Shown here: piece by piece, positions 50,821-64,000 of the stretch
Layout: the number at the start of each line of letters is the position of its first letter
How positions within the stretch are numbered: position 1 is the first letter of the stretch
Source: Phoronis australis
Lineage: Eukaryota > Animalia > Phoronida
Direction: 5' to 3'
Length of the DNA stretch: 64,000 bases
Assembly (NCBI GenBank): GCA_002633005.1
Contig: NMRA01000011.1
Span: forward strand, 501,395 to 565,394
Program-made: the position numbers and the translations under genes
Notes under the pieces: generated by a model
The model's database searches: none
What the model saw: the letters and a program-made list of their open reading frames with translations, nothing else
What the model was told of the DNA's origin: nothing

Positions 50821-50961
50821 GTGACATCTCGAACCGGAAAGAGGTATCTTTTACGATGAAAGAAGGAACTGAGTACAGCGTCAAACTCCAATTCATTGTT
50901 GAAAGTGAAATCGTGTCTGGGCTACGGTACCATCACCGAATTCGCAGGAAGGGGATTAACG
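50821..50961 (+). CDS. ARHGDI: Rho GDI-like exon: GDISNRKEVSFTMKEGTEYSVKLQFIVESEIVSGLRYHHRIRRKGIN
   Basis: cacttcAG, GT at 50962, 141 nt, phase 1-1; matches RhoGDI F.LKEG.EY..K..F.V..EIVSG..Y....RKG. Confidence 0.92.
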
Positions 50962-52380
50962 GTAGAAATAAGACAGTTGTTAACCTAAGCTATGCTGGCA
51001 TAAGACATTTAGAGTAATGTCAACTAGGCAAAGGTCAATTATTGCTGAACTACTAAAATGACTCCAGTGTTACTGGTTATGTAGCCATTTCCACAACCGT
51101 GGGCGTTAGTGAATTAACTCACTATAACTGAATGTTTATTCTGAAAGCAGAAATTCATATGCAGAAATTTATTATGGACTTCAATATCATTAGGTCATAC
51201 GACTGTGTCGTTTGGTAAAGTTATGTTTAGATTTAACCAAAGCTTTGAATTTTCACGAAACGTATCACCGTCAATTATTGAGTCATAAAAACTGTCTCTG
51301 CCCAACGATGGGCTTTTAATTGCTGAAATGACTTTGCACTGTTGGTAAAGTAAAACGCTTGGTGTAATTTCCGGCGAATCCAAAACCGCTTTTGAGCGCA
51401 AAAAAGCAATTAAACATCAATCTCAAGGCAGCAATGTTGCAATAACGTCAGCAACCATTTAAATTTATTAATAGAACCAAAACTTACTTTCACGCTTGCA
51501 TGGCAATTTGCACTCGCACATTTACCGTGAGGGCGCAAACAAGGGGTTCCAAGCAAACTTGGGACTTTCATGCGCACACCCAGGGGGGGAGGGCTCGGGG
51601 GGGGGCTCGAAGGACCCTCCTATTTGGTGAAGTAGGCTAAAATATCCTCCACAGAGAAACCAAGGAACCAAAACTCCGAAAAAAGTAGAAAACGAGACAA
51701 AAGTTCACTGAAAAGGCAGGAACTACGTAAATTCGAAGCTCGGCAAAACATGGGCGGCGCACCATAGAGGGCTGGGGGAGGGGGACTTTTTTCAGCGCTA
51801 CGCCGCCCATGGTCCATGGTCTATTGGCAGTTCGCCACAGGGGGACTGGGGGCTATAGACCCTCCACTTTTTTCAGTTCTGCGCCGCCCATGCAAAAGGT
51901 CTCCCTTTCAAACAAATCAGCTGCAACGATAAAAACGTAGTCATTTTTTACAACCTAGCTCCTCTTAATGTTTTGTCAGGGGCTCAATGGGAAACAAATT
52001 TACTGTTATAGAACCCCTACTACAGGGGACTAGCAGTGGTGGATATAGGGGGGGCAGGGGGGCCATGCCCCCCAAGAAAAACTCCTAGATTCCATTTGGC
52101 AGTTCTGGCCGGGTGCGAATGTCTTGACTGGTAAAATCCTGGCTAATACACTGTCCTGGCCCCCTCTAACTAAAAATCCTAGATCTGCCCCCGACTAGGA
52201 ATTAATCCATATAAAGGGGAACAAAAGTATACGGAAGAAAGACGTTTGTACGGAAGCTCGGTACAAGTAAGTTCCATGTTTTCGATGTGCAGAGTTACCG
52301 TCAAAACATCAAAGAGCGCTATCGCCGTGATATGAATGCCTCTAACTTTTTTCACTCGTAGGCTTACTTCTTAATTCCAG

Positions 52381-52580
52381 CCGACAAATCGACGTACATG
52401 GTCGGTAGCTACGGTCCAAAGCCTGGCGAACCCTTCGAATGGACTTCCCCACCAGATGAGCTTCCGAAGGGAATGCTTTATTGGGGCGAGTACGTGTACC
52501 ACAGCAAATTTCTTGACGATGACGGCAACATTATAGGGGAGTGGTCTTGGTCTATCCACGTTAAAAAAGACTGGGAGTAG
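52381..52580 (+). CDS. ARHGDI: Rho GDI-like terminal exon: DKSTYMVGSYGPKPGEPFEWTSPPDELPKGMLYWGEYVYHSKFLDDDGNIIGEWSWSIHVKKDWE*
   Basis: aattccAG; MVGSYGP, PKGML, DDD and KKDW motifs; AATAAA at 52891. Confidence 0.93.
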
Positions 52581-55500
52581 TTCAGGCCCGTCGGGCTCCT
52601 TCCTGCAGTCGGAGTCGGGGGAATGAAGTACTAGATGACCTGGTGCTGCCAGCGCTTTTTTGCGGTGAGAACTGCGGAAATTTACTCTAGTTGGGTGTGG
52701 TATTTGTGTATAATTAGCTTCACTTCACACCGTTTCATTCACGTACTAACTTTGGAAAAAATTTCCCCGTGACCTGTGGTTGGGATGCTGAAAACGTACG
52801 AAGGGTAAAATTAGTTTTCATTATGTCAACCCGGTAGCTAGTGTACTAAGCTGTAGTTATGCTTCAAAGTTTGGCATTATTAACTGAAGGAATAAAATGA
52901 ATATGAAATTTCGTTTTGGCAAGTAAGTATTTGGATATCGTCGGAGTACAGTCTTCAAAAGTTTTGCAACCTGTGGAAGTTCATTATTATAGAGATCGCC
53001 CTCTGGTGTTTCCCGGTAGCAGGCTTGGCGAATTGTCAAACACGACGAAGTGGTGGCTGCGAACTAGCTTCATCACTACGAACCTTGACATGGAAGTTGC
53101 CCAGCGTATACTACGGTAGCAAGTAGTTGTGACCTTGACAATGAAGATCAATGTCACCAATGTGGTGCTAACTTCAAACACGTACAATGTGAAAAATCTA
53201 AAGCTTCGTTATGAGATTTGCCGTCAGTCATATTTTCCTAAGTCACAGCTAGGAACCAATATGAGTAAAAACTTTGATATGGACCAAAGCCTTGTTTTTG
53301 AGATATGCCGTCTGACATTTTCCGAAGTCAAAAAATGATTTTGATTTTCTCGTTGTTGGTAGCCCTGAAAATAGTTACGCGGTCACTAGAATCCACTGGC
53401 ACCTGCAGTTGCCTTGCCTACACATTGGAATTAAATCTGAAGCTTTGCTTTTGAGATGTGCCATCAACAACATTTTATAAGTCGAAACTTGATTTTCTCG
53501 CTGTGACCTTCAAAATAAAGCTAAGGCCACCAAAATCAACTGGCGCCTAGACTTGTTCCGTCGACAACTTGGTACAAAAAGTTTTGTTTACTGGTGGTTG
53601 AGGCACACGCCAGAGGCACGCATAATGCCGCGTGGCAAAAAGGACCCGTGTTAGCGGTTCCTGTTTGTGCTGTAATTGTACACTGATCGTGCAACGACAC
53701 ACTGTGACCCCTAAAGGGTTACTTCGTACTGAGCACACCTCTATCAGGGTCAGGACGTAAACATTGATATACCACGACGCGCAGTGACAATCGTTGTCCG
53801 CAATACTCACGTGTACTTATTTACGTTTAATTCATGCAAATCGATGCGAACCAAATTTTTAAACATTACATTTTCAAAATTCTCTCCATGATATAGCGCA
53901 CGCATTTCCATGCAGATCACGTGGTCCCCAAGAAACTTTAATCACTGCCACGATTTGTGTGCCAGTGTGCGTCTCCAATTGGCTAATGTCAATGGTTTTA
54001 GCCTTCCACTTCGCGATGATGCACAACGGGGTAGGACAAGGCTTTATTCTTCGTACCAGTACCCTTTCAGTTGTATTGTCTGTTTTGAAAATGTCATTTC
54101 ATCTTGTCTCCTGCCCTCCCAGCGACCAAAGTTTCTGAGAAAGGCTCGCTAAATCCTTTCTTTCCATAAAGATTAAGGCACATGTAATAATACCAGTTTA
54201 TTTTCTGAGTAACTAAATTGTAAAACAATCCACAATACAAAAACAAAAAAAAACAAATGTAACATATTTGGAATAATGCTTACAACATTGGCAGAATGTT
54301 TAAGATTTACAACACAAAGTGTTATTTATTTCGTGTTTTGTGATTGTGAACTTGGATGTCTTACTTCAAACCAAAGATTACATTTCAAAACACATGTCAA
54401 ACACACCTCATCACTATAAGAAACGAGGATTTTGGGATTGCCACAAAAATTATACAATGGCAAAAATTATAAATGTAGTTTTCTTTGAAAAAAATGGTTT
54501 CACACAAAACAGTGTTGGAAGGAATTATTGGATTCCATTCACACCATATGTTGTTACATGAGGAGACCTATAGCATGCGCCCACCCAGCCTAAAATACAG
54601 GGGGGCTCGAATTCTTCGATATGCGTACCTTTTACTGAAAAAAACAAATCGAAGGAAAGAAACACCAGCCATAAAATAAAGCTAATACAGATTGGTCCCA
54701 CAGGCATATCTGGTTAATATATGGACCTCTGTCCATATCACCTAGTATCACTTAGAATTGGTCTATTTTGTGTTATCCTATACATAAAACTTAAAGTCAG
54801 GTAAAACATGATTAACATCTGGGGCTAATCTTCAAATTAGGTGGGGGCACTTTTTATTTTATTTGTTTCATAAAGGTACGAAATAGTGTCACAGACTCTA
54901 CGGTTAAGGCATTCCTCTGATGAGAGATTATAGGCTAAGCATTACACGGAGACTATGCAAACAGAGGTAAGGACGGTTCCTGAGGTGGCATTTCAGCTGC
55001 ATACTTTGTTTACGTTTATTATGAAAATAGTAAAGTTGCGCTTTCAAATGGGAAAACTAAATTATTTTGATTGGTACTTGACATGTGGTGATCATGCAAG
55101 TGACTTACTAGTGGCTTCTCAGAGCAGTAGACAAGTCGACGTATGTTTATGCTTGCTAAACCATAGTGAGCCAAGCACTTTTATTTGGTGCAGCTACTTT
55201 CTAAAGCTACAGATGGGCATCTTCAAAAGTTGGTTAAGTTCAGTAAGTTGCTTGGACCTCGCTAAAATCAAAACTTTGCGAGATTAAGTGAGATATTGCC
55301 ATGTATTTAAAATGAGAACAAGGGATTTTGACTAGATTTTAGTGAGGTGCAAGCATAGACCCTAGCCTTACTGAACTCTACCCTGACATGTTCGAATGGC
55401 ACAATTAAAGCTCTTTTTCTGACGCTCAGAAAGAGAATTTTTAGAAGCAAAATAAAAAAAATTGGTTAGTACATTTTTGAGCATAGGCTAAGATGATCAA

Positions 55501-55716
55501 TAAGTTTATGTTTTTACCTGGCCTTATACATTCAAGGATACCTACCAAGTTTACCACCCAAAACAATGTTGCACAAGTGCAGTGTTACAAAACCTCCTGA
55601 TTAAAAGTTTTAATTCCATTCCTGTTCTATATCCCCAAAATTGTAGTTTTGTTCTTCATAATATTAAGTAATAATATTCCACCTGAAAACGACCAAAAAA
55701 GTCGTTTCTTAGCATC

Positions 55717-55981
55717 TCAAAATGAACTCAGCCCTTCCATCTTGAAAACCCAAGCATGCTGACAAGGCATTTGATTGGGTGGGATGACAGGAACTTTCAA
55801 CAGCAAATCACCGGCTGCTCCCTGTGACCACTGGATGATACCACTATAACCTAGCATGGATACCTTGAGGCCAGAAGGGGGGGACTTCACAGCTCCAAGT
55901 TCCAAGTGGTCTTTGGTAGGCCAACTCAGCACTATCGCATAGACATTGTAACCCCCTGCTGATGACTTCTTTGAGGTATAC
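55717..55981 (-). CDS. FUCA: Alpha-L-fucosidase terminal exon (C-terminal beta domain) WYTSKK..VYAIVLSWP..MPCQHAWVFKMEGLSSF*
   Basis: Acceptor at 55983-55982, 265 nt, stop at 55717-55719. Confidence 0.93.
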
Positions 55982-56314
55982 CTGAAATGAAGATACAATA
56001 AAAAGATGTATTTAGACCAAGAAATGATAATTTTTCAAAACTGATGCAAAGTTAAAACTTATAATGCAAATTGTAGTTGACTTTTGCATTTACCAGGAAA
56101 CTCTCCAACTTGAAGACTAAGGTCATGACCCTGTCAGCAAGTGAACACACAATGTGCTTTGGATGTTATTCCAAAACATACCAATGAAGAAAAAAGAAAA
56201 AAAACATGATGCCTTTAAAGCAAACATATAAGAAGTTGCTACAAAATTGTAATTTCTGGTCTACGTGAAATTTTTGCAACAAACTCAAATCTCATTAATT
56301 CTATTTCCACTATT

Positions 56315-56595
56315 TGATTCTGACTACGAAGCTGTATACAAGAAACACTAAGTGGTCTCACCACACTCCTGGAGTGACAGTGTCATTCTGACTACGCAAC
56401 TGTATACAAGAAACACTAAGTGGTCTCACCACACTCCTGGAGTGACAGTGTCATTCTGACTATGAAGCTGTATACAAGAAACACTAAGTGATCTCACCAC
56501 ACTCCTGGAGTGACAGTGTCATTCTGACTATGCAACTGTATACAAGAAACACTAAGTGGTCTCACCACACTCCTGGAGTAACAGTGTCATTCTGA
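56315..56595 (-). repeat. 68-bp tandem repeat of fucosidase exon end + donor (original plus 3 copies)
   Basis: ctcaccacactcctggagt at 56357, 56425, 56493, 56561. Confidence 0.95.
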
Positions 56596-56736
56596 TATGT
56601 CCACGGCTGACTGCTGTAGATTGCCTCGCCGTTCACTTTTAACCAGGCACCCATATCACGCAAGCGAAACTCAAAGATGGGGGAAATGGTTCCCTCCTTC
56701 GTTGGTCCAACATTGACAAGGAGGTTTCCACCACAG
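56566..56736 (-). CDS. FUCA: Alpha-L-fucosidase exon [57 protein letters not shown]
   Basis: GH29 GGNLL.NVGP and WL.VNGEAIY motifs; 171 nt, phase 2-2, GTGAGA donor. Confidence 0.95.
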
Positions 56737-58666
56737 CTAGTGATACAAAAGCAGCCAAATAACTAAACATAAAGACAATGAAGCTTTTTATTCGTTGAAA
56801 GCTGTGATTTTTTTTAAACATTGATACTGTAAGCAAATCCACTTCACCCTCTTAAATGTATTTCAACTAGTTTTTACTGGGATTACGAAACAAATTAAGG
56901 TTATCTCAAACCTTATTTAGTGGCCTCTATTCTAACTTACTAAATATCAAAAAAATAAGCTTTGTCAATTAGTAAAAGTATTTCTGAAAGAAAAAGAAAA
57001 AGTTATGAAAATGTTTTATATTGAAGTGCTAGGAGTTAAAACAAAAATCCTAACAGCACTTTTGAGATTGATGAATAAATATTAGAATTGGAAAGTTTCA
57101 GTGAAATCCGCCAAACTGTTTTGAGAAATCGCATGCCTTAGTACAAAATTAATAAAGTAGATTTGCTGAAGCTGAGAAAAACCTGAAAACATCACCAGTC
57201 TTCAAAATCTTAATGTTTTCACTTCATTATTCAGTGAAAACTTGTATTTGGTCAATATAACTTAACACGCTTTAACCATGTTTGCTATTTTAAAATTCAC
57301 TGGCAATGTCAACTGAATTTGTAGTGCATAATTAACTAAAATCACTAAAATGTTGTTTTAATTTTTGCTGGGTTTCAATGCCTAGAGTCAAACAAGGTCA
57401 GAGGAGGAGCTACGTAACAAGTAGGTCAACAGTGCATTGTAGAAAACAACATATGAACCATGTACCAGGGAGACTGATATCAAGAAAACAACTACGAAAT
57501 GGAGAATAGAAAATTAACAGTGGTTACAGAGCACAGTGAGCACGAGATTAAAACAACAGATTACCGATGAAATGAATGAGCTTGGGTGAAGATTTATCCT
57601 TTTTCACAATTTGCTGTGCTCAGGAATAAGAAGGACCAGATAGCATGTGGTGACTGGACGCATTCATTATCAACGGTCAAATGTACACAGACGCATAATT
57701 CACTTGGGATCAAAATTACACTTTGACTTCATTTTCCCGACATCTTTCTATGCCATGTACACTTCGTTTACTCAATATTATGACCATTCAACAGATGACA
57801 GGACTATGAATTGCAGGAACCACAAATGTCTGGCGGGATATTCGACTTGAGTGACAGTTCTACAACCTGTGAACCAGGATAAGTAGTAAACAATTTTCTA
57901 TACGATTGAAGGTGATTCTGCTAAATCTTTTTTCTAAGTACATGGAATATATTTGAAGTTCCTCGATGACATATTTTTTTAGACATATTAAAGTGGAATA
58001 TTGCAAAAATGGACAACTTTTATCAACAAGGTTTGAGATAACTTTAATCCCTGGCCATAGTTACACAATCTCAATTCACCACGTTTAATGGAGAACGTTA
58101 TAAGTTTCAACACATACTACGCCTTTATTCATATGCAAAAACACTTAGCACACTGGTGCCATCTACATCCAGGGATTACGCGTTCAGGCTGGGGATCTTG
58201 TGTACTCATGCAGAGTTATCTCCCCAGCATGGAGGAAAATGGAAATTCCTCAATATTAGTATTTATTTATGAATTTAAAACTTGTCATAGCCAACAGATT
58301 TTGTCCAAGTGTGGAGACTGCAAACATGGAGGACTACAGTATATAGAGGAAAACTGAATAACATGTTTTGTATACAGATGTGATTGTATTAATATTTGCT
58401 TCTGGATTCCAAAGCAATCAATCTTGTTTGATGTGGAAACTAATGTAGCTTTCCTAGTTTTAAGAAATTCCCCTAGGAGTCGCGATGAGAGTTAACGTAC
58501 TAGACTTATGCTTTTCCACTGATCAAAATTTCTCGAAACACGGGAGTTATGACATTTAATACTGGGAAAGCAACGTTCAACTCTTAGGAATGTTACTCCT
58601 GTCGAAAAAAGTCTATAGCCATGCCTTCAATTCAAGGATCATTTAATGAAATGTTTTACAATATAC

Positions 58667-58799
58667 CTGATAGTCTCTGCCATGACGGTCAACAGTTCCT
58701 TCGTGGTGAGATAGTCAGAAAGCAGTGCATTTCTTCTGAAGCCCCAAGATTGTTTATCAATAGTCATGGCATTCTCCCACTTGTGCTTGACCAGTTTAC
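58667..58799 (-). CDS. FUCA: Alpha-L-fucosidase exon [45 protein letters not shown]
   Basis: HKWE..MTID..SWG motif; 133 nt, phase 1-2. Confidence 0.95.
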
Positions 58800-58804
58800 C
58801 TGAA

Positions 58805-59340
58805 AATAACAACATGATATTGTCAACGTGAAATCAATGAAAACTTGACATTGTCAACTTGAGCTCAATGACAACATGACATTATCAAGCTCAGATTATG
58901 AGATAAATGGCAACACGACATTGTAAACGCCAAATCAATGACAACATGACATTGTAAACATGAGATCAATGACAACATGACATTGTCAACATGAGATCAA
59001 TGACAACATGACATTGTCTGTCAACGTGAGATCAACGACAACATGACATTGGCAACGTGAGATAAATGACAACATGACATTGTCAACATGAGATCAATGA
59101 CAACATGACATTGTCAACATGAGATCAATGACAACATGACATTGTCAACATGAGATCAATGACAACATTTTATTGTCAACATGAGATCAATGACAACATG
59201 ACACTGTCAACGTGAGATAAATGACAACATGACATTGTCAACGTGAGATCAATGACAACATGACATTATCAAGCACAGGTTGTGAGATAAATGGCAACAT
59301 GACATTGCCAAGATGAGTCTGTGAGATCAATGACAAAATG
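58805..59340. repeat. 31-bp minisatellite (ATTGTCAACATGAGATCAATGACAACATGAC) filling most of an intron
   Basis: Period 31 (59041/59072); roughly 16 copies. Confidence 0.95.
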
Positions 59341-59474
59341 TCGCATTTGTCGCATAATCCGTGTCAGTTGGAATATCCTCAATAATAAAGAGTGCAGGTT
59401 GAAATTGGTAGATATAAACTCCAGGCAAAAACATAAAACAAGCCAGTAGAGGGCACCACAGCAGTAAAGTGTAC

Positions 59475-59572
59475 CTGGATTGAAACGGTCGTTGCAGTTG
59501 TAGTAGCTACCATGTTTACATTCAGTGCCCACACCCCAGCGGTCATTCACAACGACCGTATCCTTGACAGGA
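59475..59572 (-). CDS. FUCA: Alpha-L-fucosidase exon [34 protein letters not shown]
   Basis: VVVNDRWG motif; 98 nt, phase 2-1. Confidence 0.95.
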
Positions 59573-61113
59573 CTAGAACAAGAAACAGAGAGGAGGCAAT
59601 TCAATGCAACATTAATTTGAGAGGGTTTTTGTCACTTTCGTGCAATGTCCGTACACGTATGTACCAAAAATTCCTAGATGCATCACACCATCATAAAAAT
59701 AACCCACATGCTTTGCAGAGTCATCTAGTTTTAAACTGTGTCGGTGCTCAAAACATCAACAAATGTTATTCAACCTCTATGTACGAAAACTGTATTCATG
59801 GAATAGATAAATCCAGGATGTATATACAAAAATAATCATACATTTAGCTGTGCCATATATATTATATCCTCACATATTCATTCTGAAGCTGTCAATCCCT
59901 TTAAATGGAACTTTACAAGACATTATTATTATATCATAACAGGACATGTATGTTTAATAAAAAAACTGTTTGGGAAAGACATGGAACAGTCTCATCAAAT
60001 AAGTGCCCCGCTTTTTTTGGACAGTTCTAAAAACAAATTTTTATGAACTGTTAAAAAATTAAGCTACATGACAAAAATGACAATAAATGACTTTGAAAGA
60101 TGCAAACCTAGGATCAGCGCCACAAGCAAAAACACCAGAATGTTTTATGAAAATAATATGTACCATACATCATAAGGCTGACAGTTTTCAGCTTCTTAAA
60201 AACTGATGCTTGACAGAATAAAAAGTCACTGATTTTCGGCCAGTTTTTTTGCCCACTATGTTTACTTATATGAAAATACATACAGGCTAAAAGCAAATGG
60301 CTGCACGTCTGTCATTCACTGAACGTTATTGCTTGTAATTTCTATTAGACTATGGCAATCAACATGTTGTAAGATACTGTCTGATTCGTCAATAGTATGA
60401 AAAACCAATCAAGAAGAAACGTAGAAAAATTCCACCTCTATTAAGTATTCCAGTGTGACCTCACAAGTCAATCTTGCTTTGGTCAGGGCTAGGAATAACC
60501 AATGACAAACCTTCCAGATGTTGCATCGTTCCATAAATAAATAGACTTGTGTGATAAAAAAATTTTGTGTCGCAAGATTTTACTGAAGTGACATATTTTT
60601 GCACAAATAAAGTCAAAGTAACAAAAGACATGAAAAAAGAGGAAACTGGAAATCAAATAAGAGGAAATCCTCTAAAAAGAGGAAAATTCTAAGTCCAATT
60701 TGTTATTCTTCCATAGATGCAGAAGGCATGAAATGTGTTGTTTATCTCATCAAAAAACAGAAAATAGTCATGATAACTTTTTAATAGTCATGAACATTCT
60801 TGTTACAAATTTGTGACTTCAATTAAGAAATATTGTTTTCACGCCAGCCATTGATTAGTCTGAGCCAGAGGCACTTTAATTTGTTCATAGTTGATTACTT
60901 ATGATAATTACAGAGATACGCTCTTAAGAGCATCCGTTATGATTGTCATATGAATTTCTACATATTTTCTGCTGTATAACGCTTGATCACTCATTGTTTA
61001 GTCTTGAAGTGACTTTCGCCATATCATTTTGTTGATCAAATTTCAACTGTGCATAATATCAAAGTCAAAATACGTCATGTGAAGCACGTGGTTTGATTGA
61101 CAACTTTCTTCAC

Positions 61114-61247
61114 CTGTCATTGAACAGCCATGCCAGGAAGTGGGTGGAGTTCCAATAATTGTACGATGCCTCCCAGTCTCCATCAGACCAGATCAGCTCT
61201 GGTTTATACTTTTTAACAATTTCATAAAGCTCTGGTAATGTCTTAGT
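61114..61247 (-). CDS. FUCA: Alpha-L-fucosidase exon [45 protein letters not shown]
   Basis: WSDG motif carrying the GH29 catalytic nucleophile Asp; 134 nt, phase 0-2. Confidence 0.96.
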
Positions 61248-61967
61248 CTGCAACAAACCAACAGTGATGTCAGTGACAATGTTCATAGTGGTCTGTCAGT
61301 AACCAGGCTCACCATGGGTACATCTGATTCACTTCAACAAGCCAACAGTAAATACCTTTAAAAAAGCCAACAGTTCTGTCAGTGACCATGTTCACAACAG
61401 GTTGTCACTGAGCAAGCCCACAATGCATACAGCGTTCAAGTGGCTTAGACATCTGACTGGTTCTCGGTGAATATCAAAACTCCCGCCTTACAGACAAATT
61501 AGTAAAAGTAGGATATCACGTGCCGCAAGAGTAAGTTAACATATTTTTGTCTAAGTGCTGAAAACAATTTGGCTGCCAATCAAATGGGAATATAGTAGTT
61601 TTGTACACAAACACAAGAGGGAGTAACAAGATGGTGCTTGCCAGCTTTGAAAACACCTGGCTGAAGAAACCTTTTACCAAACATGTCTTCACATATTCAA
61701 CGATCGCCTGAATTCAGATTAGAAGTTAATGTTTTCTTGAGATCAATCAGGCTCAATAAGTAGGTTAATGGTGGGTCATTTTAAACACTGAACATGGCCT
61801 CAAGCAGTAAAGAATGGACATTTCTTTCCCAGTCCATAAATCATTTAATCTCACCTGAGTAAGGAGCCTTTTAGACCAGTCTTATGACAGTAAGCGGCCA
61901 AAATAAAAAGTTAGGTTTGTAATGTCAGGTATATGGCATAGCTTTAAAGTGAAAACATGAAACTCAC

Positions 61968-62095
61968 CATGACAAAGTCCTGCGTTGAGAACTTGTTGGC
62001 TTTATCGCTGAGATAGAGAGGGTTGAACCATTCATACATAGAGTGGTACAGTCCAAAGTGGAGGGAGCGCTTCTTTACAGCAGCAGCAAGCTCTC
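61968..62095 (-). CDS. FUCA: Alpha-L-fucosidase exon GELAAAVKKRSLHFGLYHSMYEWFNPLYLSDKANKFSTQDFVM (upstream exons not seen in the window)
   Basis: FGLYHS..EWF.PLYL motif; 128 nt, phase 1-0, GTGAGT donor. Confidence 0.95.
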
Positions 62096-62319
62096 CTAGT
62101 AAAGACAAAGAACCATGAATGTCAAGTATTTCACTGCAAGTGGTCCACTGGAATGCAAAGGGTTGTTTGTAAACAATCAAAACCGGTGATTACATGGAGG
62201 AGGCATATTTCAAGGAGTACAAAACTCAAGCTAGACATCACAGCAAAGCAGCCGACACTTTCAGGGGAACCCTCCAGAAAAAGCCCTAAGAAATTCTTAT
62301 CCTGAAAGTGAGTTGGAAT

Positions 62320-62720
62320 CTCATTGGATTCCAGTGAGATTTTAATGAGAATCTAATCAATTTTAATCTTAAAAGATGCCATATTAGTGAGAAAAAGTAC
62401 TCGCTTCAGTGGGAATCCAGTGATATTCCAGAAAGAATCTTCTTAATATGCATAGAACTCTCACTCAGTGAGAATTCCTTCATAATTGTTTCACGTTCTC
62501 ACTGAGTGGGAATTCCTTTTGTAAATTTTCTAACTGGGTGATTCGATTTGTGCAAACTGAAAATGTCAATGGGTGTGGTTCTTGTTCTCACCGAGTGAGA
62601 TTTTGGTCTCCTAAAATCTGAGTGAGATTCTATTTTCTCACTATAGATGAGATTTTTGATAGCCAAAAATCTTACTGAGTGAGATTTTATTTTCTCACTC
62701 AGTGAGATTTGTGTTCGTGA
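62320..62720. repeat. Degenerate repeat rich in CTCACTGAGTGAGATT palindromes
   Basis: Recurrent ctcact(c/g)agtgagatt units. Confidence 0.55.
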
Positions 62721-63019
62721 AATGATTAAAATAGCAATCAAAATGGCAGTTAAAATGTCCATGTAAACAGTCCTAATGGATGACTGGGTGCAGGTGCAGT
62801 GGTTAAAGCACTGTGTTGACAACCTAACGGTTCCTGCTTTCAACAAGAAAAAACTGCCAACCTTACCATGATGAGAGTACCACCCTGTATATTATTTTAC
62901 GAATGTCGTGATACCCCAAAGAAGGCCGAAAAAATGATCGACCGAAATGTCGTCCCAATGTTATCATGCCAATGTAGATTAGTTTAGAGGGTGTCAGTAA
63001 TGCAGACTAATAATTTCAA

Positions 63020-63320
63020 GCTCTGACTGGTGATGTCGAACAAACTGACTGATGACGTCAAACACACTGATAGATGGTATCAAACATACTAACAGATGTT
63101 GTCGTTGTCGACGATGATGATGTCAAACATACTGACTGATGATATGAAACACACTGGCTCATGATATCAGACGGACACATTGACTGATAATCCCACAAAC
63201 TGGTAAAGTCGAACACATAATGATGTCCAACACACTAACTGATGACGTGGAGTGCACTGACTGTGATTATGTTAAACGGTCCAACTCATAATGCCAAACA
63301 TACTGACTGATGTCAAGAAC
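63020..63320. repeat. Degenerate ~22-bp repeat (ACTGACTGATGATGTCAAACAT)
   Basis: Multiple diverged units. Confidence 0.6.
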
Positions 63321-63462
63321 AGTGACTTTACAATAAATAAAGAGGGTAAACTCCTGCCAGGTTTCTCCCAGCATGATGTAAACATTCCCTACAACCACAT
63401 AAGGATCTGCTGTTTGGAGAAATCATTTGAATTTTTCCAAACTGGACTAGTTGTATCTATGT

Positions 63463-64000
63463 CCTATACTAAATAGGGGAATAGCCATCAATAGACTGAT
63501 TCTTGACCAGGTCACATAGCGAGGATCCCATCTAAATAGTAACAGAAGGCTTGAAAGCTGCCTCCAGGCTCTATTCTTCCATTTTCTTTTTCCACGTGAA
63601 CCACAAAATCTGAACCATGGAGTAAAATTAGATGACGAATTCTTGAATTTTAAAAATTGGTCAAGTAATAGTGATTTTGTCAACAAAAACCCAAGCCTTG
63701 AGCTACTTACTGGAAGGTAGTTTCCAGTATAGCTCATAAGCTACATATACAGACAACAGAAGCTGTGCTTGAAAGAATGTAGGTAAAGCTGATCCAGTAA
63801 CCATGTTTAAAGGGTATGTTCNGGGGAAGGAAGCCAAAAACGGCGGTTTAGCTAGTTGTCCCTTCCTGGTTATCTCTTCCTGCCTATACTAAATAGGGGA
63901 ATAGCCATCAATAGACTGATTCTTGACCAGGTCACATAGCGAGGATCCCATCTAAATAGTAACAGAAGGCTTGAAAGCTGCCTCCAGGCTCTATTCTTCC
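63463..64000. repeat. Identical 118-bp direct repeat (63463-63580 and 63883-64000) across the N at 63822
   Basis: cctatactaaataggggaatagcc...ctattcttcc present twice; second copy runs off the window. Confidence 0.9.

Overview
AT-rich, intron- and repeat-rich eukaryotic (animal) genomic DNA, probably a marine invertebrate (inference; the taxon cannot be proven from the window). The ORF track is mostly noise; the genes were reconstructed by hand from splice sites. (1) + strand, 2.9-43 kb: the 3' part of a CaMKII-family locus with an unusual architecture. A candidate alternative first exon encoding a transmembrane signal-anchor (alphaKAP-like) is followed by one linker exon (..KESSESNATTIDDEDTK). 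After that come THREE complete, intact, tandem 4-exon association (hub) domain cassettes, each with its own stop codon and each starting with a phase-1 acceptor compatible with the single linker exon. No kinase-domain exons are visible in the window. (2) + strand, 49-52.6 kb: a 3-exon Rho GDP-dissociation inhibitor-like gene that appears to lack the N-terminal regulatory arm and uses a GC-AG intron. (3) - strand, 62.1-55.7 kb: the last six exons of an alpha-L-fucosidase (GH29). Introns and intergenic DNA hold Helentron-associated (HINE/DINE-1-like) elements carrying CTCF-like motifs, MITEs, decayed THAP, hAT and LINE fragments, and minisatellites, two of which reiterate splice donor sites. A 2.1 kb duplication across an N gap is probably an assembly artefact.
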